A DNA stretch of 64,000 nucleotides from a virus (IMGVR_UViG_3300031949_000001:283305-347304), one strand, 5' to 3'. Shown: positions 18,153-25,905, counted from the stretch's first letter. Numbers and translations are program-made. The notes: a model not told the origin generated them from the letters alone.

Positions 18153-18241
18153 TGGTGGGTGATAGACGGAATCGAACCTCGTGCCTAATAGGAGCGGGTT
18201 TACAGCCCACTGACAGCCCAGCCGTCCTTATTGTATCACCC
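18153..18241 (-). tRNA. Atypical tRNA-Tyr(GUA), 8-bp acceptor and 6-bp D stem
   Basis: GGGTGATA/TATCACCC, GACGGC/GCTGTC, GTGGG-CTGTAAA-CCCGC. Confidence 0.75.
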
Positions 18242-18253
18242 AATCTTTAAATC

Positions 18254-18331
18254 TGGCAACCCCGTAGAGAATCGAACTCCACACACAATGTTTTGGAGAC
18301 ATCGTCGCCTAGCCTTGGGACATGCGGGGCT
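18254..18331 (-). tRNA. tRNA-Trp(CCA)
   Basis: GATGT-CTCCAAA-ACATT, G73-CCA. Confidence 0.9.
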
Positions 18332-18349
18332 ATAATTTACATCTAAATC

Positions 18350-18426
18350 TGGTACCCAATGAGGGATTCGAACCCTCAAACTCTACGGTCTGAACGTAGC
18401 GACTTTACCAATTTATCCAATCGGGC
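18350..18426 (-). tRNA. tRNA-Leu(CAG) with short variable loop
   Basis: CTACG-TTCAGAC-CGTAG, 5-nt V loop AGTTT, A73-CCA. Confidence 0.9.
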
Positions 18427-18439
18427 GTATTTACTTCTT

Positions 18440-18524
18440 TGGTGCTCATGACAGGAGTCGAACCTGCACGCCTCTCGACATAACGCTCTCAACGTTACGT
18501 GTCTACCAATTCCACCACACGAGC
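18440..18524 (-). tRNA. tRNA-Leu(GAG), canonical type II
   Basis: TAACG-TTGAGAG-CGTTA, long V arm, A73-CCA. Confidence 0.95.
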
Positions 18525-18535
18525 ATAAACTCTTT

Positions 18536-18609
18536 TGGTAGACCGCCAGGGTAATGATCCCTGTTCTGTAGGTTAAAAGCCTACTGCATCACCTTAATGC
18601 TTGCGGTCC
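18536..18609 (-). tRNA. tRNA-Lys(UUU), atypical T loop
   Basis: GTAGG-CTTTTAA-CCTAC; T loop ATCATTA. Confidence 0.85.
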
Positions 18610-18611
18610 TC

Positions 18612-18689
18612 TGGTGGGTCCACTCGGATTCGAACCGAGACGAAATGGTTAAAAGCCATCCATGCTATGCCGTTGAACATCATGGACCC
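18612..18689 (-). tRNA. tRNA-Lys(UUU)
   Basis: GATGG-CTTTTAA-CCATT, TTCGAAT T loop, CCA. Confidence 0.9.
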
Positions 18690-18692
18690 ATA

Positions 18693-18738
18693 TAAAGACA
18701 AAAAGCCTCGGGATTTCTCCGGAGGCTTTTTGTCTTTA
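18693..18738 (-). terminator. Attenuator terminator hairpin in front of the tRNA cluster
   Basis: Perfect 17-bp inverted repeat TAAAGACAAAAAGCCTC / GAGGCTTTTTGTCTTTA with inner GGA-GAAA-TCC and U-rich tail. Confidence 0.85.
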
Positions 18739-18756
18739 TTTGTGTTTTTCTACAGC

Positions 18757-18840
18757 TTAAGTCCACAAACTCTCAGACAAAACGCCTCCCAGGCTTTTAT
18801 AGCCTAACCAGAGTTTAAGTAGTGTCAGTAGTGTTTGCAC
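18757..18840 (-). CDS. Leader (attenuator) peptide MQTLLTLLKLWLGYKSLGGVLSESLWT
   Basis: GGAG RBS at 18847-18850, GTG start, 9 Leu codons using all six synonyms; codons 18-22 are complementary to the terminator 5' arm. Confidence 0.8.
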   Translation of the reverse strand: MQTLLTLLKLWLGYKSLGGVLSESLWT

Positions 18841-18983
18841 TTGTTGCTCCAAAAAATTATGAATTTGCTTTCAATATAATTAAATTAGTTTATTTAGCCT
18901 CGCATGTGTATTTCACGTATTTCCACTCACGAGGGCGGATTTCCCGCACCACCAACTTTTCCTAAAATTGGAAACGAATTTAC

Positions 18984-19012
18984 AGCTTAGCATAGGTATT
19001 TATACAAGTCAA
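18984..19012 (-). promoter_or_regulatory. Nested early and late promoter of the tRNA operon
   Basis: TTGACT-17-TAAGCT with TATAAATA (18997-19004) inside the spacer. Confidence 0.8.
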
Positions 19013-19380
19013 GAGATTTTTTGACAACGTTTCCTAATTAAATTCAGTAGCCTTTGTTTTCCATCTTCGCCATAAAATTTAGTCTTCTCTTCTTCTTGAA
19101 TCAATCCTTCATCTGGATTGATTTTCATCAAACCCGCACGAACTCGAAACCAAGCATTATCATATGACCATGAACACGGATAACGATCATACAAAATGAC
19201 ACAACCATACTTCTTGTATGTACCACCCAACCCATTGATATCCGTTACATTCATCTCGGATTCACCTTCCATAACAACACCCGAGGCACCGTAAGGTGCG
19301 TGCTCGTCGCCTTCCATCATTTCATCATTTGCGGTTGGTATTTTGATGATTCGATCACCTGGAACTAGCTTTTCAAACAT
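19009..19380 (-). CDS. FEKLVPGD...LMKITPD family paralog
   Basis: Shared N- and C-terminal motifs with the adjacent ORFs. Confidence 0.85.
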   Translation of the reverse strand: MFEKLVPGDRIIKIPTANDEMMEGDEHAPYGASGVVMEGESEMNVTDINGLGGTYKKYGCVILYDRYPCSWSYDNAWFRVRAGLMKINPDEGLIQEEEKTKFYGEDGKQRLLNLIRKRCQKIS

Positions 19381-19679
19381 TCTGCATTCTCCTCTTCTTT
19401 CATCTTTTCGTCAGGTGTGATTTTCATGAGTTGTTGCCGAAAAAAGAAAACCTTTCCATGATTGGGGTGATTTTTAAAAATTACATAACAACCATATCCA
19501 TATAGCGTTTGATGGGAGTATTTTTCGGGATAGATAAAAGGAAGAGTTGCCTCACTCTCTTCAACTATACCACAAGCACCATTGGGGATGTCGTTCGATC
19601 TGGCTGGCGCTGGAGTAAAACCGGGAATATATGCAGGTATCTTCATAACCTGATCACCCGAAACTAGCTTTTCAAACAT
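19365..19679 (-). CDS. FEKLVPGD...LMKITPD family paralog
   Basis: Shared motifs. Confidence 0.85.
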   Translation of the reverse strand: MFEKLVSGDQVMKIPAYIPGFTPAPARSNDIPNGACGIVEESEATLPFIYPEKYSHQTLYGYGCYVIFKNHPNHGKVFFFRQQLMKITPDEKMKEEENAECLKS

Positions 19680-19988
19680 TTAATTCACCTTTTCAAGTTC
19701 TATCTCGGATTCTTCTAATTTCAAATTTTCGTCTGGTGTGATTTTCATCAAGCCAGGGCGGGCTCTGAACCAATTTTTACTTGAAGAGGGAGAGGGATAA
19801 TTCTCGAAAAAAACACTACAACCATATTGTTTATACCGTATTGTGGAATTAAAATAATAACCTTCTTTAATTCCTTCTTCAGATTTTATAATCCCACAAG
19901 CACCATACGGCACAGCAAGCTCGTTAGCCACATCACCTTCACACGGTATGTTCATAACTTGGTCATCAGGAACTAGCTTTTCAAACAT
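19680..19988 (-). CDS. FEKLVPGD...LMKITPD family paralog
   Basis: Shared motifs. Confidence 0.85.
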   Translation of the reverse strand: MFEKLVPDDQVMNIPCEGDVANELAVPYGACGIIKSEEGIKEGYYFNSTIRYKQYGCSVFFENYPSPSSSKNWFRARPGLMKITPDENLKLEESEIELEKVN

Positions 19989-20275
19989 TCTGCATTCTCC
20001 TCTTCTTTCATCTTTTCATCAGGCGTGATTTTCATCAAGCCAGGACGTTCTCTTAACCAATTACCACTCGAATGAAATTGACAGATATAATTTTCGAATC
20101 TTACTACACAACAAAGTTTTTTGACTGATGTGCCGTCGTAATTTAAGCCTTGATGTTCGGCTTCCCCTTCAATGATTTCACCGCATGCTCCATAAGGAAC
20201 ACCAATTTTATATCCATAATCACTTTCCGTGGGAATACACATTACTTGATCACCGGGTACGAGTCTTTCTAACAT
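19973..20275 (-). CDS. FEKLVPGD...LMKITPD family paralog
   Basis: Shared motifs. Confidence 0.85.
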   Translation of the reverse strand: MLERLVPGDQVMCIPTESDYGYKIGVPYGACGEIIEGEAEHQGLNYDGTSVKKLCCVVRFENYICQFHSSGNWLRERPGLMKITPDEKMKEEENAECLKS

Positions 20276-20823
20276 TCGACATTCTCCTCTTCTTTCATTT
20301 TTTTGTCAATGTTTCCTTTCTGATATTCTTTCATTCGCTTATCAAATAGCGTCTCAAATACGCCATATTGATCAGTACCGACTGTTTCACCAGCGAATCT
20401 CCAAATAAAAGCTGGGTCTCCAGTGTTAACATAGTTGGTGCTATATTTGTATTCATCTACGACTTGTTCACGTCTCATGCCATCAATCTTACCCGCGAAG
20501 TTAGATTTGTAACCTTCTTTGACAACGTAATGTGTCCTATCGCTGCTCGGCACAATCGGAACCAATTCATAAATTATCTGATCTTGAAAACGCCAAAAGT
20601 GTTTGTCAGAGTCATCAGCAAGAGGAATTGTTGGAGGTCCATTGTCAACTGTCGCTGACATCGTCTTGCTAGAGACTTTCGTGACCATGGGTGCCGCGCC
20701 AGCGTTATATAATTTGTCCCACCAATCAATCACGCTTTTGTCGGCAAATCCAGAAGCGAGCCAATTGAGATATTCAATTGCTGCTTTCTCTGTTTGAAAC
20801 CCGTCTATCTTAACTGAATACAT
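20269..20823 (-). CDS. Hypothetical protein sharing the array's C-terminal tail
   Basis: Likely start MYSVKIDG; ends KKMKEEENVEC. Confidence 0.7.
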   Translation of the reverse strand: MYSVKIDGFQTEKAAIEYLNWLASGFADKSVIDWWDKLYNAGAAPMVTKVSSKTMSATVDNGPPTIPLADDSDKHFWRFQDQIIYELVPIVPSSDRTHYVVKEGYKSNFAGKIDGMRREQVVDEYKYSTNYVNTGDPAFIWRFAGETVGTDQYGVFETLFDKRMKEYQKGNIDKKMKEEENVEC

Positions 20824-20894
20824 GTTCTCTCCAAAACAAAAATGGATGCTTATTGGCATCCATTCTCTACCTTTCGAATCAGTTTGTCAAGTTT

Positions 20895-21257
20895 TTAGCG
20901 ATTTCGTTTTGTTGAAACCGGAAAAGGCCAACTTACATCAATGTCATCGTCAGCCTTTAATTTCTTTGCTTTCTTTGCTGTCATCACTTCGCCTACATCG
21001 CCAGGAATTGCTCTTCTTGGAGCACCATGATCTTCCATACAATAAACGGCAATACCGCCGATCTTACGCATTACATCAAGGGCTTGTTCGTCGCTTGGAT
21101 TAACCGTCCAAGCTTCTTGGAGTCTGGTGTAGTAATATCCCAACATTGTAATATAATCACCAACGGTATGTGGCTCGCCATCGGTGTGGCTCGGTGGAAG
21201 ATTATCTTTATATTCTCGTCCCTCATCTATTAGTTTATAAACGTCTTTCCTATTCAT
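20895..21257 (-). CDS. MazG-like all-alpha NTP pyrophosphatase fold protein
   Basis: IDEGREYKD...DYITML...MRKIGGIAVYCMEDHG; paralog of 21603..22025. Confidence 0.5.
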   Translation of the reverse strand: MNRKDVYKLIDEGREYKDNLPPSHTDGEPHTVGDYITMLGYYYTRLQEAWTVNPSDEQALDVMRKIGGIAVYCMEDHGAPRRAIPGDVGEVMTAKKAKKLKADDDIDVSWPFPVSTKRNR

Positions 21258-21600
21258 TTTTGCCCTCTTTGTTTTGTAGTAATATGTTTGGATCAACCGA
21301 GCCAGAAACTATTTGCCTTGGATCACCTTGCGCCTCTATAACTGCCTTTCTAACGGCATCAATATCAATCGCTGCCATAAATTGCTTTATGTCATTTCGT
21401 ATTTTTGCATCGCGAGGATGCTCTGGAATCGGATCTTCGAAAATTGGAACTGGTTCCCAAACAGCTCCGTGACTACCATCGACACAATATTCCAATACAT
21501 CGGTTGATACCAATGTCACAGGATTATCACCACCAAATCTGATTTCAGATAGCGGTAATGTGCATTTCCATTCATAGAAACGATGCAGGCGTAATTTCAT
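21250..21600 (-). CDS. Hypothetical protein
   Basis: 116 aa ORF. Confidence 0.6.
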   Translation of the reverse strand: MKLRLHRFYEWKCTLPLSEIRFGGDNPVTLVSTDVLEYCVDGSHGAVWEPVPIFEDPIPEHPRDAKIRNDIKQFMAAIDIDAVRKAVIEAQGDPRQIVSGSVDPNILLQNKEGKNE

Positions 21601-21602
21601 GA

Positions 21603-22025
21603 TTATCTTGGAGGATTTTCAGATGTTGGAAAAGGCCAAGCTGCCAGCTCTTGTGCCGTATCTAATTCTTTTTCGAATCGCATCGCTAATTCTTTTCGAA
21701 TCGCATCACAACAAGCCTCCCCCTGCGAGATCGTCATGTGACCAACGTCTATATAGAACACTTTCTTAGAAGTTGGATCGTAATGTCGTGGAGCAAATCC
21801 ACCATTGCGATCAAACGTCTCTAGAGCGGCTATACCGAGCGCTGTGACTTTGACCATCTGCTTGCGTTGCTCTTCCTTAGAATTGCCCACAGCGGCTGCT
21901 TTTGACCCGTGGATGTTGATATACTGCATCCAGTCATTCAGTGTGTTATTGTCATCAAATGCATGACCCCACTTACCGTCCTGATATTCTCTTTCTGCCT
22001 TTAATTCTTCATAAATGTTACTCAT
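21603..22025 (-). CDS. MazG-like all-alpha NTP pyrophosphatase fold protein
   Basis: AEREYQDGKWG...DWMQYI...MVKVTALGIAALE. Confidence 0.55.
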   Translation of the reverse strand: MSNIYEELKAEREYQDGKWGHAFDDNNTLNDWMQYINIHGSKAAAVGNSKEEQRKQMVKVTALGIAALETFDRNGGFAPRHYDPTSKKVFYIDVGHMTISQGEACCDAIRKELAMRFEKELDTAQELAAWPFPTSENPPR

Positions 22026-22030
22026 CTTTT

Positions 22031-22279
22031 TTATCCTTTTACCTCGTAAAATTGGAAAAACAAAAGGGCTTTTTTAATTTCCAAACACAATTTGTCTATG
22101 ACTTCTTCGTTTGTTGGATTATAAATGGCTTGTAAATCTTGAGCCATTTCAATAGAAACATTGATCGAAATAGTCAAAGGCATTAAAGGAATAAACTGTT
22201 CATCAACGAAAATTTCTCCTCTTTTAATTTCTATTTTGTTTATTAATCCCTCAAGTTTTTTTGTTATCACTTCGTTCAT
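22031..22279 (-). CDS. Hypothetical protein
   Basis: 82 aa ORF. Confidence 0.6.
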   Translation of the reverse strand: MNEVITKKLEGLINKIEIKRGEIFVDEQFIPLMPLTISINVSIEMAQDLQAIYNPTNEEVIDKLCLEIKKALLFFQFYEVKG

Positions 22280-22703
22280 TTTTCTTTTCCTTATTATTTT
22301 TTGCGATATTTTTTGGCTCTGGTATTATTAACACCTTAGTCGGTATTTCATGATCCATGGCATAGACCAATCTTGTATTGCCTGCTACTAATTCATAACT
22401 GCCATCTTTCATATGAAAAAGAATTGGCATTTCAACATTACCTTCTTCAAATGCTTTCTCAACACGATCACGTTTTTCAGAACTAAGGTTTTCAAAAGAA
22501 CCTTTTTCGGAGAAGTTAGTAATCTTCAACAGGATGTTCGGATGAATCGTGATGACCTTACCTTTACGAGCGGCATCTAACCATTCGGTCCTGGTTTTGA
22601 AGTATTCGGGATAACGTTTTACCTCGCTCCATTCCCGCATCAAATTAGGCGGATACCATGCGATATTCTTAATTTCTGTGTGGTGAAGTTCGAAAAGTTT
22701 CAT
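22251..22703 (-). CDS. ParB/sulfiredoxin-like domain protein, late
   Basis: MPIL...YELVAGNTRLVYA motif; ATAAATA at 22709-22715. Confidence 0.6.
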   Translation of the reverse strand: MKLFELHHTEIKNIAWYPPNLMREWSEVKRYPEYFKTRTEWLDAARKGKVITIHPNILLKITNFSEKGSFENLSSEKRDRVEKAFEEGNVEMPILFHMKDGSYELVAGNTRLVYAMDHEIPTKVLIIPEPKNIAKNNKEKKNERSDNKKT

Positions 22704-22737
22704 CCACTTATTTATGAATGGGACTCCTCGATTGTGT

Positions 22738-23847
22738 TTACTTCAATTCACCTACGACGATCTTCAACACCAATGTCGAGCCGGATCGCCATATTGAAAT
22801 CGTTGTTTCGGTTCCTGGCTTTGTTGCGCCCACAATCATCGGCAAGTCGGTAGATTCTTCAACCTTCTTATCTCCAAAAGCCACGACCACGTCTCCAATT
22901 TTAACACCAGCCTTAGCAGCAGGACCATCAGAAGGAACGTCAGCAACTAATGCACCAGCAGAATCGGTCAATCCCAATGCTTTTGCTGCATCATCGGTTA
23001 AGCCTTGAATCTGAATACCGATACGACCGCGTACAATCTTTCCATGAGTCTGTAATTGTTTAACGATATCCATTGCAATATCGATTGGAATTGCGAATGC
23101 TAATCCAGCAAACGAACCAGTCTGTGAATAAATTTCGGAATTGATACCAATAACTTCTCCACTTAAATTAAACAAAGGACCACCAGAGTTGCCTGGATTT
23201 ACGGCTGCATCTGTTTGAATGAAACGAATGAATGCGTTATTCGGAAGCGGGCGGTCTTTAGCGCTGATGATACCAGCCGTGACTGTATTAGCAAAGCCAA
23301 ATGGCGCTCCAATTGCTATAACCCATTGCCCAACTTTAGAATCATTCGGATTTCCGATCTTTACAACGGGAAGATTCGTTGCTTCGATCTTAATAATAGC
23401 AACATCACTCTTTGGGTCTATTCCAATAAGTTTTGCCTTGTACAATCGCTTATTTGTCAATCTGACTACCATTTCTTTTGCGTTATTCACGACATGTGCA
23501 TTGGTAACAATATAGCCATCAGACTTGATAATGAATCCTGATCCTGAACCTTTTGATTCGTTTGGATCTTTCTGATCTGGCTTTTCACCTTCGGGTGGAG
23601 TAGCACCGGGAGCAGGAGGTACAATCTTTGGAGGTTGACCTGGGATTAACTGATAAACTTGAGGCGTTTCTTCGACCTTTATGACACGAATACTAACAAC
23701 TGCTGGTAATTCTTGTTCAACAGCTACTGAAAAGTCGGGGATTACGATCAAACTTCGCGGTGCTGGAACTTGTTGCGAAGAAGCTGGCAGGACAAAAATG
23801 AATGAAAACGCGAAGGCAAGCAACAGTCGGGAAGCAAATTGATTCAT
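22738..23847 (-). CDS. degP: HtrA/DegP-family periplasmic serine protease with one PDZ domain
   Basis: Signal peptide, GSGSGFII, TNAHVV, DVAIIKI, IQTDAAVNPGNSGGPL, PDZ C-terminus. Confidence 0.92.
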   Translation of the reverse strand: MNQFASRLLLAFAFSFIFVLPASSQQVPAPRSLIVIPDFSVAVEQELPAVVSIRVIKVEETPQVYQLIPGQPPKIVPPAPGATPPEGEKPDQKDPNESKGSGSGFIIKSDGYIVTNAHVVNNAKEMVVRLTNKRLYKAKLIGIDPKSDVAIIKIEATNLPVVKIGNPNDSKVGQWVIAIGAPFGFANTVTAGIISAKDRPLPNNAFIRFIQTDAAVNPGNSGGPLFNLSGEVIGINSEIYSQTGSFAGLAFAIPIDIAMDIVKQLQTHGKIVRGRIGIQIQGLTDDAAKALGLTDSAGALVADVPSDGPAAKAGVKIGDVVVAFGDKKVEESTDLPMIVGATKPGTETTISIWRSGSTLVLKIVVGELK

Positions 23848-23988
23848 GTTAATCTCCTAACGTAGTATTGACATATTAATGTCAACTTAGAGCATACTCT
23901 TATTTTTCGTCGGTCGCAACTCTTCTTTGTACACCAACAGTCTGGAACCAAACATCTTCTGGTTTTATAACATCTGGTAGATCGCAAA

Positions 23989-24339
23989 TCATTTCGATTT
24001 GGTATATTCTTTTTCTACTTCCAGTGCCTTTTTCTCGGCAGCTTCTAAAACCACAGCCTGTCCGGAAAGAATTTCTCCGATACCAATATGTATGAGCATT
24101 TCTTTCAAATATACCCGTTGTTTCTCATTGAAACCGCGTCGATCAACGATGATTTGATAGTCTTCGAACTCGACTTGTCTATCAAGAAGAATGTACATTA
24201 CAACTTCTTGCCAGAGAATAGCCCATTTGAAGAATTCATTATCTTTATCTTCAGCGTCAAGGATATGTTTTTCCAACATAGGAATATCAGCATTCCACTT
24301 GGCTACGGCTGCTTCTCTAAGTTCATCTTTGGTTTTCAT
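23989..24339 (-). CDS. Hypothetical protein
   Basis: 116 aa ORF. Confidence 0.65.
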   Translation of the reverse strand: MKTKDELREAAVAKWNADIPMLEKHILDAEDKDNEFFKWAILWQEVVMYILLDRQVEFEDYQIIVDRRGFNEKQRVYLKEMLIHIGIGEILSGQAVVLEAAEKKALEVEKEYTKSK

Positions 24340-24910
24340 ATTTCTTTTCCTCTTCTAAAAACACACTATTCATAAACCAATCGATATTTTGAAACAATAG
24401 TTTTACAGTGCCATTATTATTGATTGTATGATCAGCGAGTAATTCGTTTAAGCCTTGCTCAGCAGGGTGGTTAGAATTGGCTATGTAACCTCTATTCTCA
24501 GAACTGCGGTAAACAAATAGTACCTTACCACCGTGAGCTTTGACCCATTCGGCTTCGTTAGCATAACGAATATCAGCTAAGACGATACCAACGTTGTCAG
24601 TATTATCATCATTTAATCGTTTCTCGACATGTCGCATCCAAATATCTTCAAAGAAAACATCTCGGCTAGATTCTTTCCCGATCTTTTGAGCCATTTCACG
24701 ATAAGAGATGCCCCAAAATGGATCAATCGTTTCTTTTATTTCTGGATTGTAGAAGCATTCAATATCAACATCGAACATTGCCGCTGCGGTGATTTTGATT
24801 GGGAAGGATGGTCCGAATTTGGAGAAACCATATTTGTCTACCAAATAATTGGCGGCAGTGTCTTTGCCGGAATGTGGTTTGCCGTGAATACCAATGAGGA
24901 GTTTAGTCAT
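24323..24910 (-). CDS. Deoxynucleoside monophosphate kinase (T4 gp1-like)
   Basis: LIGIHGKPHSGKDTAA P-loop; ADIRYANEAEWVKAHGG. Confidence 0.85.
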   Translation of the reverse strand: MTKLLIGIHGKPHSGKDTAANYLVDKYGFSKFGPSFPIKITAAAMFDVDIECFYNPEIKETIDPFWGISYREMAQKIGKESSRDVFFEDIWMRHVEKRLNDDNTDNVGIVLADIRYANEAEWVKAHGGKVLFVYRSSENRGYIANSNHPAEQGLNELLADHTINNNGTVKLLFQNIDWFMNSVFLEEEKKYENQR

Positions 24911-25115
24911 TAACTGCTTTTTTGATTATATGAGGAACATCCTTCCAACCAGTCCACCCTGCACAGGGAACCATTATTCCTGCGCTTTCTATTTTTGTAG
25001 CCTCTACCTGACTAAATTGAAGAACTTCTTCGAACTGATTTGGTGCAATTTCGCGGGTTAAATATCTTAGATCTATCATCATGATATTATCCTTATTATT
25101 GTTATGGGTTAATTA

Positions 25116-25213
25116 GAACTAATATGGCTCTTGACTTCGGACGCTATAACAAGAGGGATTTCAACCTCTACAGCACCATAAGTGGTCCTTTTCTACACTT
25201 TCGTGTTTAGTTC
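25116..25213 (-). ncRNA. Possible small structured RNA abutting the tRNA-Cys 3' end
   Basis: Terminal helix GAACTAA/TTAGTTC, three internal hairpins including a T-arm-like one. Confidence 0.4.
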
Positions 25214-25289
25214 TGGAGACGTGTAAGAGAATCGAACTCTTTTTGATCTGCTTTGCAGGCAGTCGCCTATCCAATCGAGCCACCACGTC
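25214..25289 (-). tRNA. tRNA-Cys(GCA)
   Basis: CTGC-CTGCAAA-GCAG, U73-CCA. Confidence 0.9.
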
Positions 25290-25296
25290 TTTGATA

Positions 25297-25905
25297 TTAC
25301 GATAAATCTACAAACTCAATTTTCTTGGGTGTATCCCAAAGTTTACAAACCGCATTACTGATTATCAACTCTTCTTCTGAATCAATGTCGCTAATATTGC
25401 ACTTAAATCGTACTTTGAATGGTGTTTCAAGACCAAACGGAAAATCCATGCAAATGTTATCACCAACGAATGTCATAGTTGACGGGTTTGGATCTTTCTC
25501 AAAATCATCTACCGTCGCAACTACCACTTGTTTCGGACCATTCATCCCATCATTTTTTTCTACAACGACACCATCAAACCATTCGAACTTGTATTTATCG
25601 AAGCGAACGGCTTGTGCGCGTGCGTCAGGTGCTGCATCACCATACTTATAATCAAACTCGTCTTCGTCATCATCTTTATTCCACTTTCCTGTTTCGATGC
25701 TGCTCTCGGGAAGCGGAAACTGACCTTGAATCTGACCACATTCCAAACAATAATCCATTTGGAGATAACTGTATTCGTCACCAAGCCCAATGTCAGGCGG
25801 AACATTTCCATCATATTCCTTACCATCGATTTTAACAGTATTCAAATCTCTCGACTTAGCAGAAATAAACACAATTCTATTACTATTACAACGTTGACAT
25901 GTCAT
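25297..25905 (-). CDS. Hypothetical protein with N-terminal Zn ribbon
   Basis: CQRC...CLECG. Confidence 0.7.
   Translation of the reverse strand: MTCQRCNSNRIVFISAKSRDLNTVKIDGKEYDGNVPPDIGLGDEYSYLQMDYCLECGQIQGQFPLPESSIETGKWNKDDDEDEFDYKYGDAAPDARAQAVRFDKYKFEWFDGVVVEKNDGMNGPKQVVVATVDDFEKDPNPSTMTFVGDNICMDFPFGLETPFKVRFKCNISDIDSEEELIISNAVCKLWDTPKKIEFVDLS

Larger units (their letters stand above)
19361..20017. repeat. 49-bp identical direct repeats at gene junctions
   Basis: GGAACTAGCTTTTCAAACATTCTGCATTCTCCTCTTCTTTCATCTTTTC at 19361-19409 and 19969-20017; partial copies near 19661 and 20271. Confidence 0.9.
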
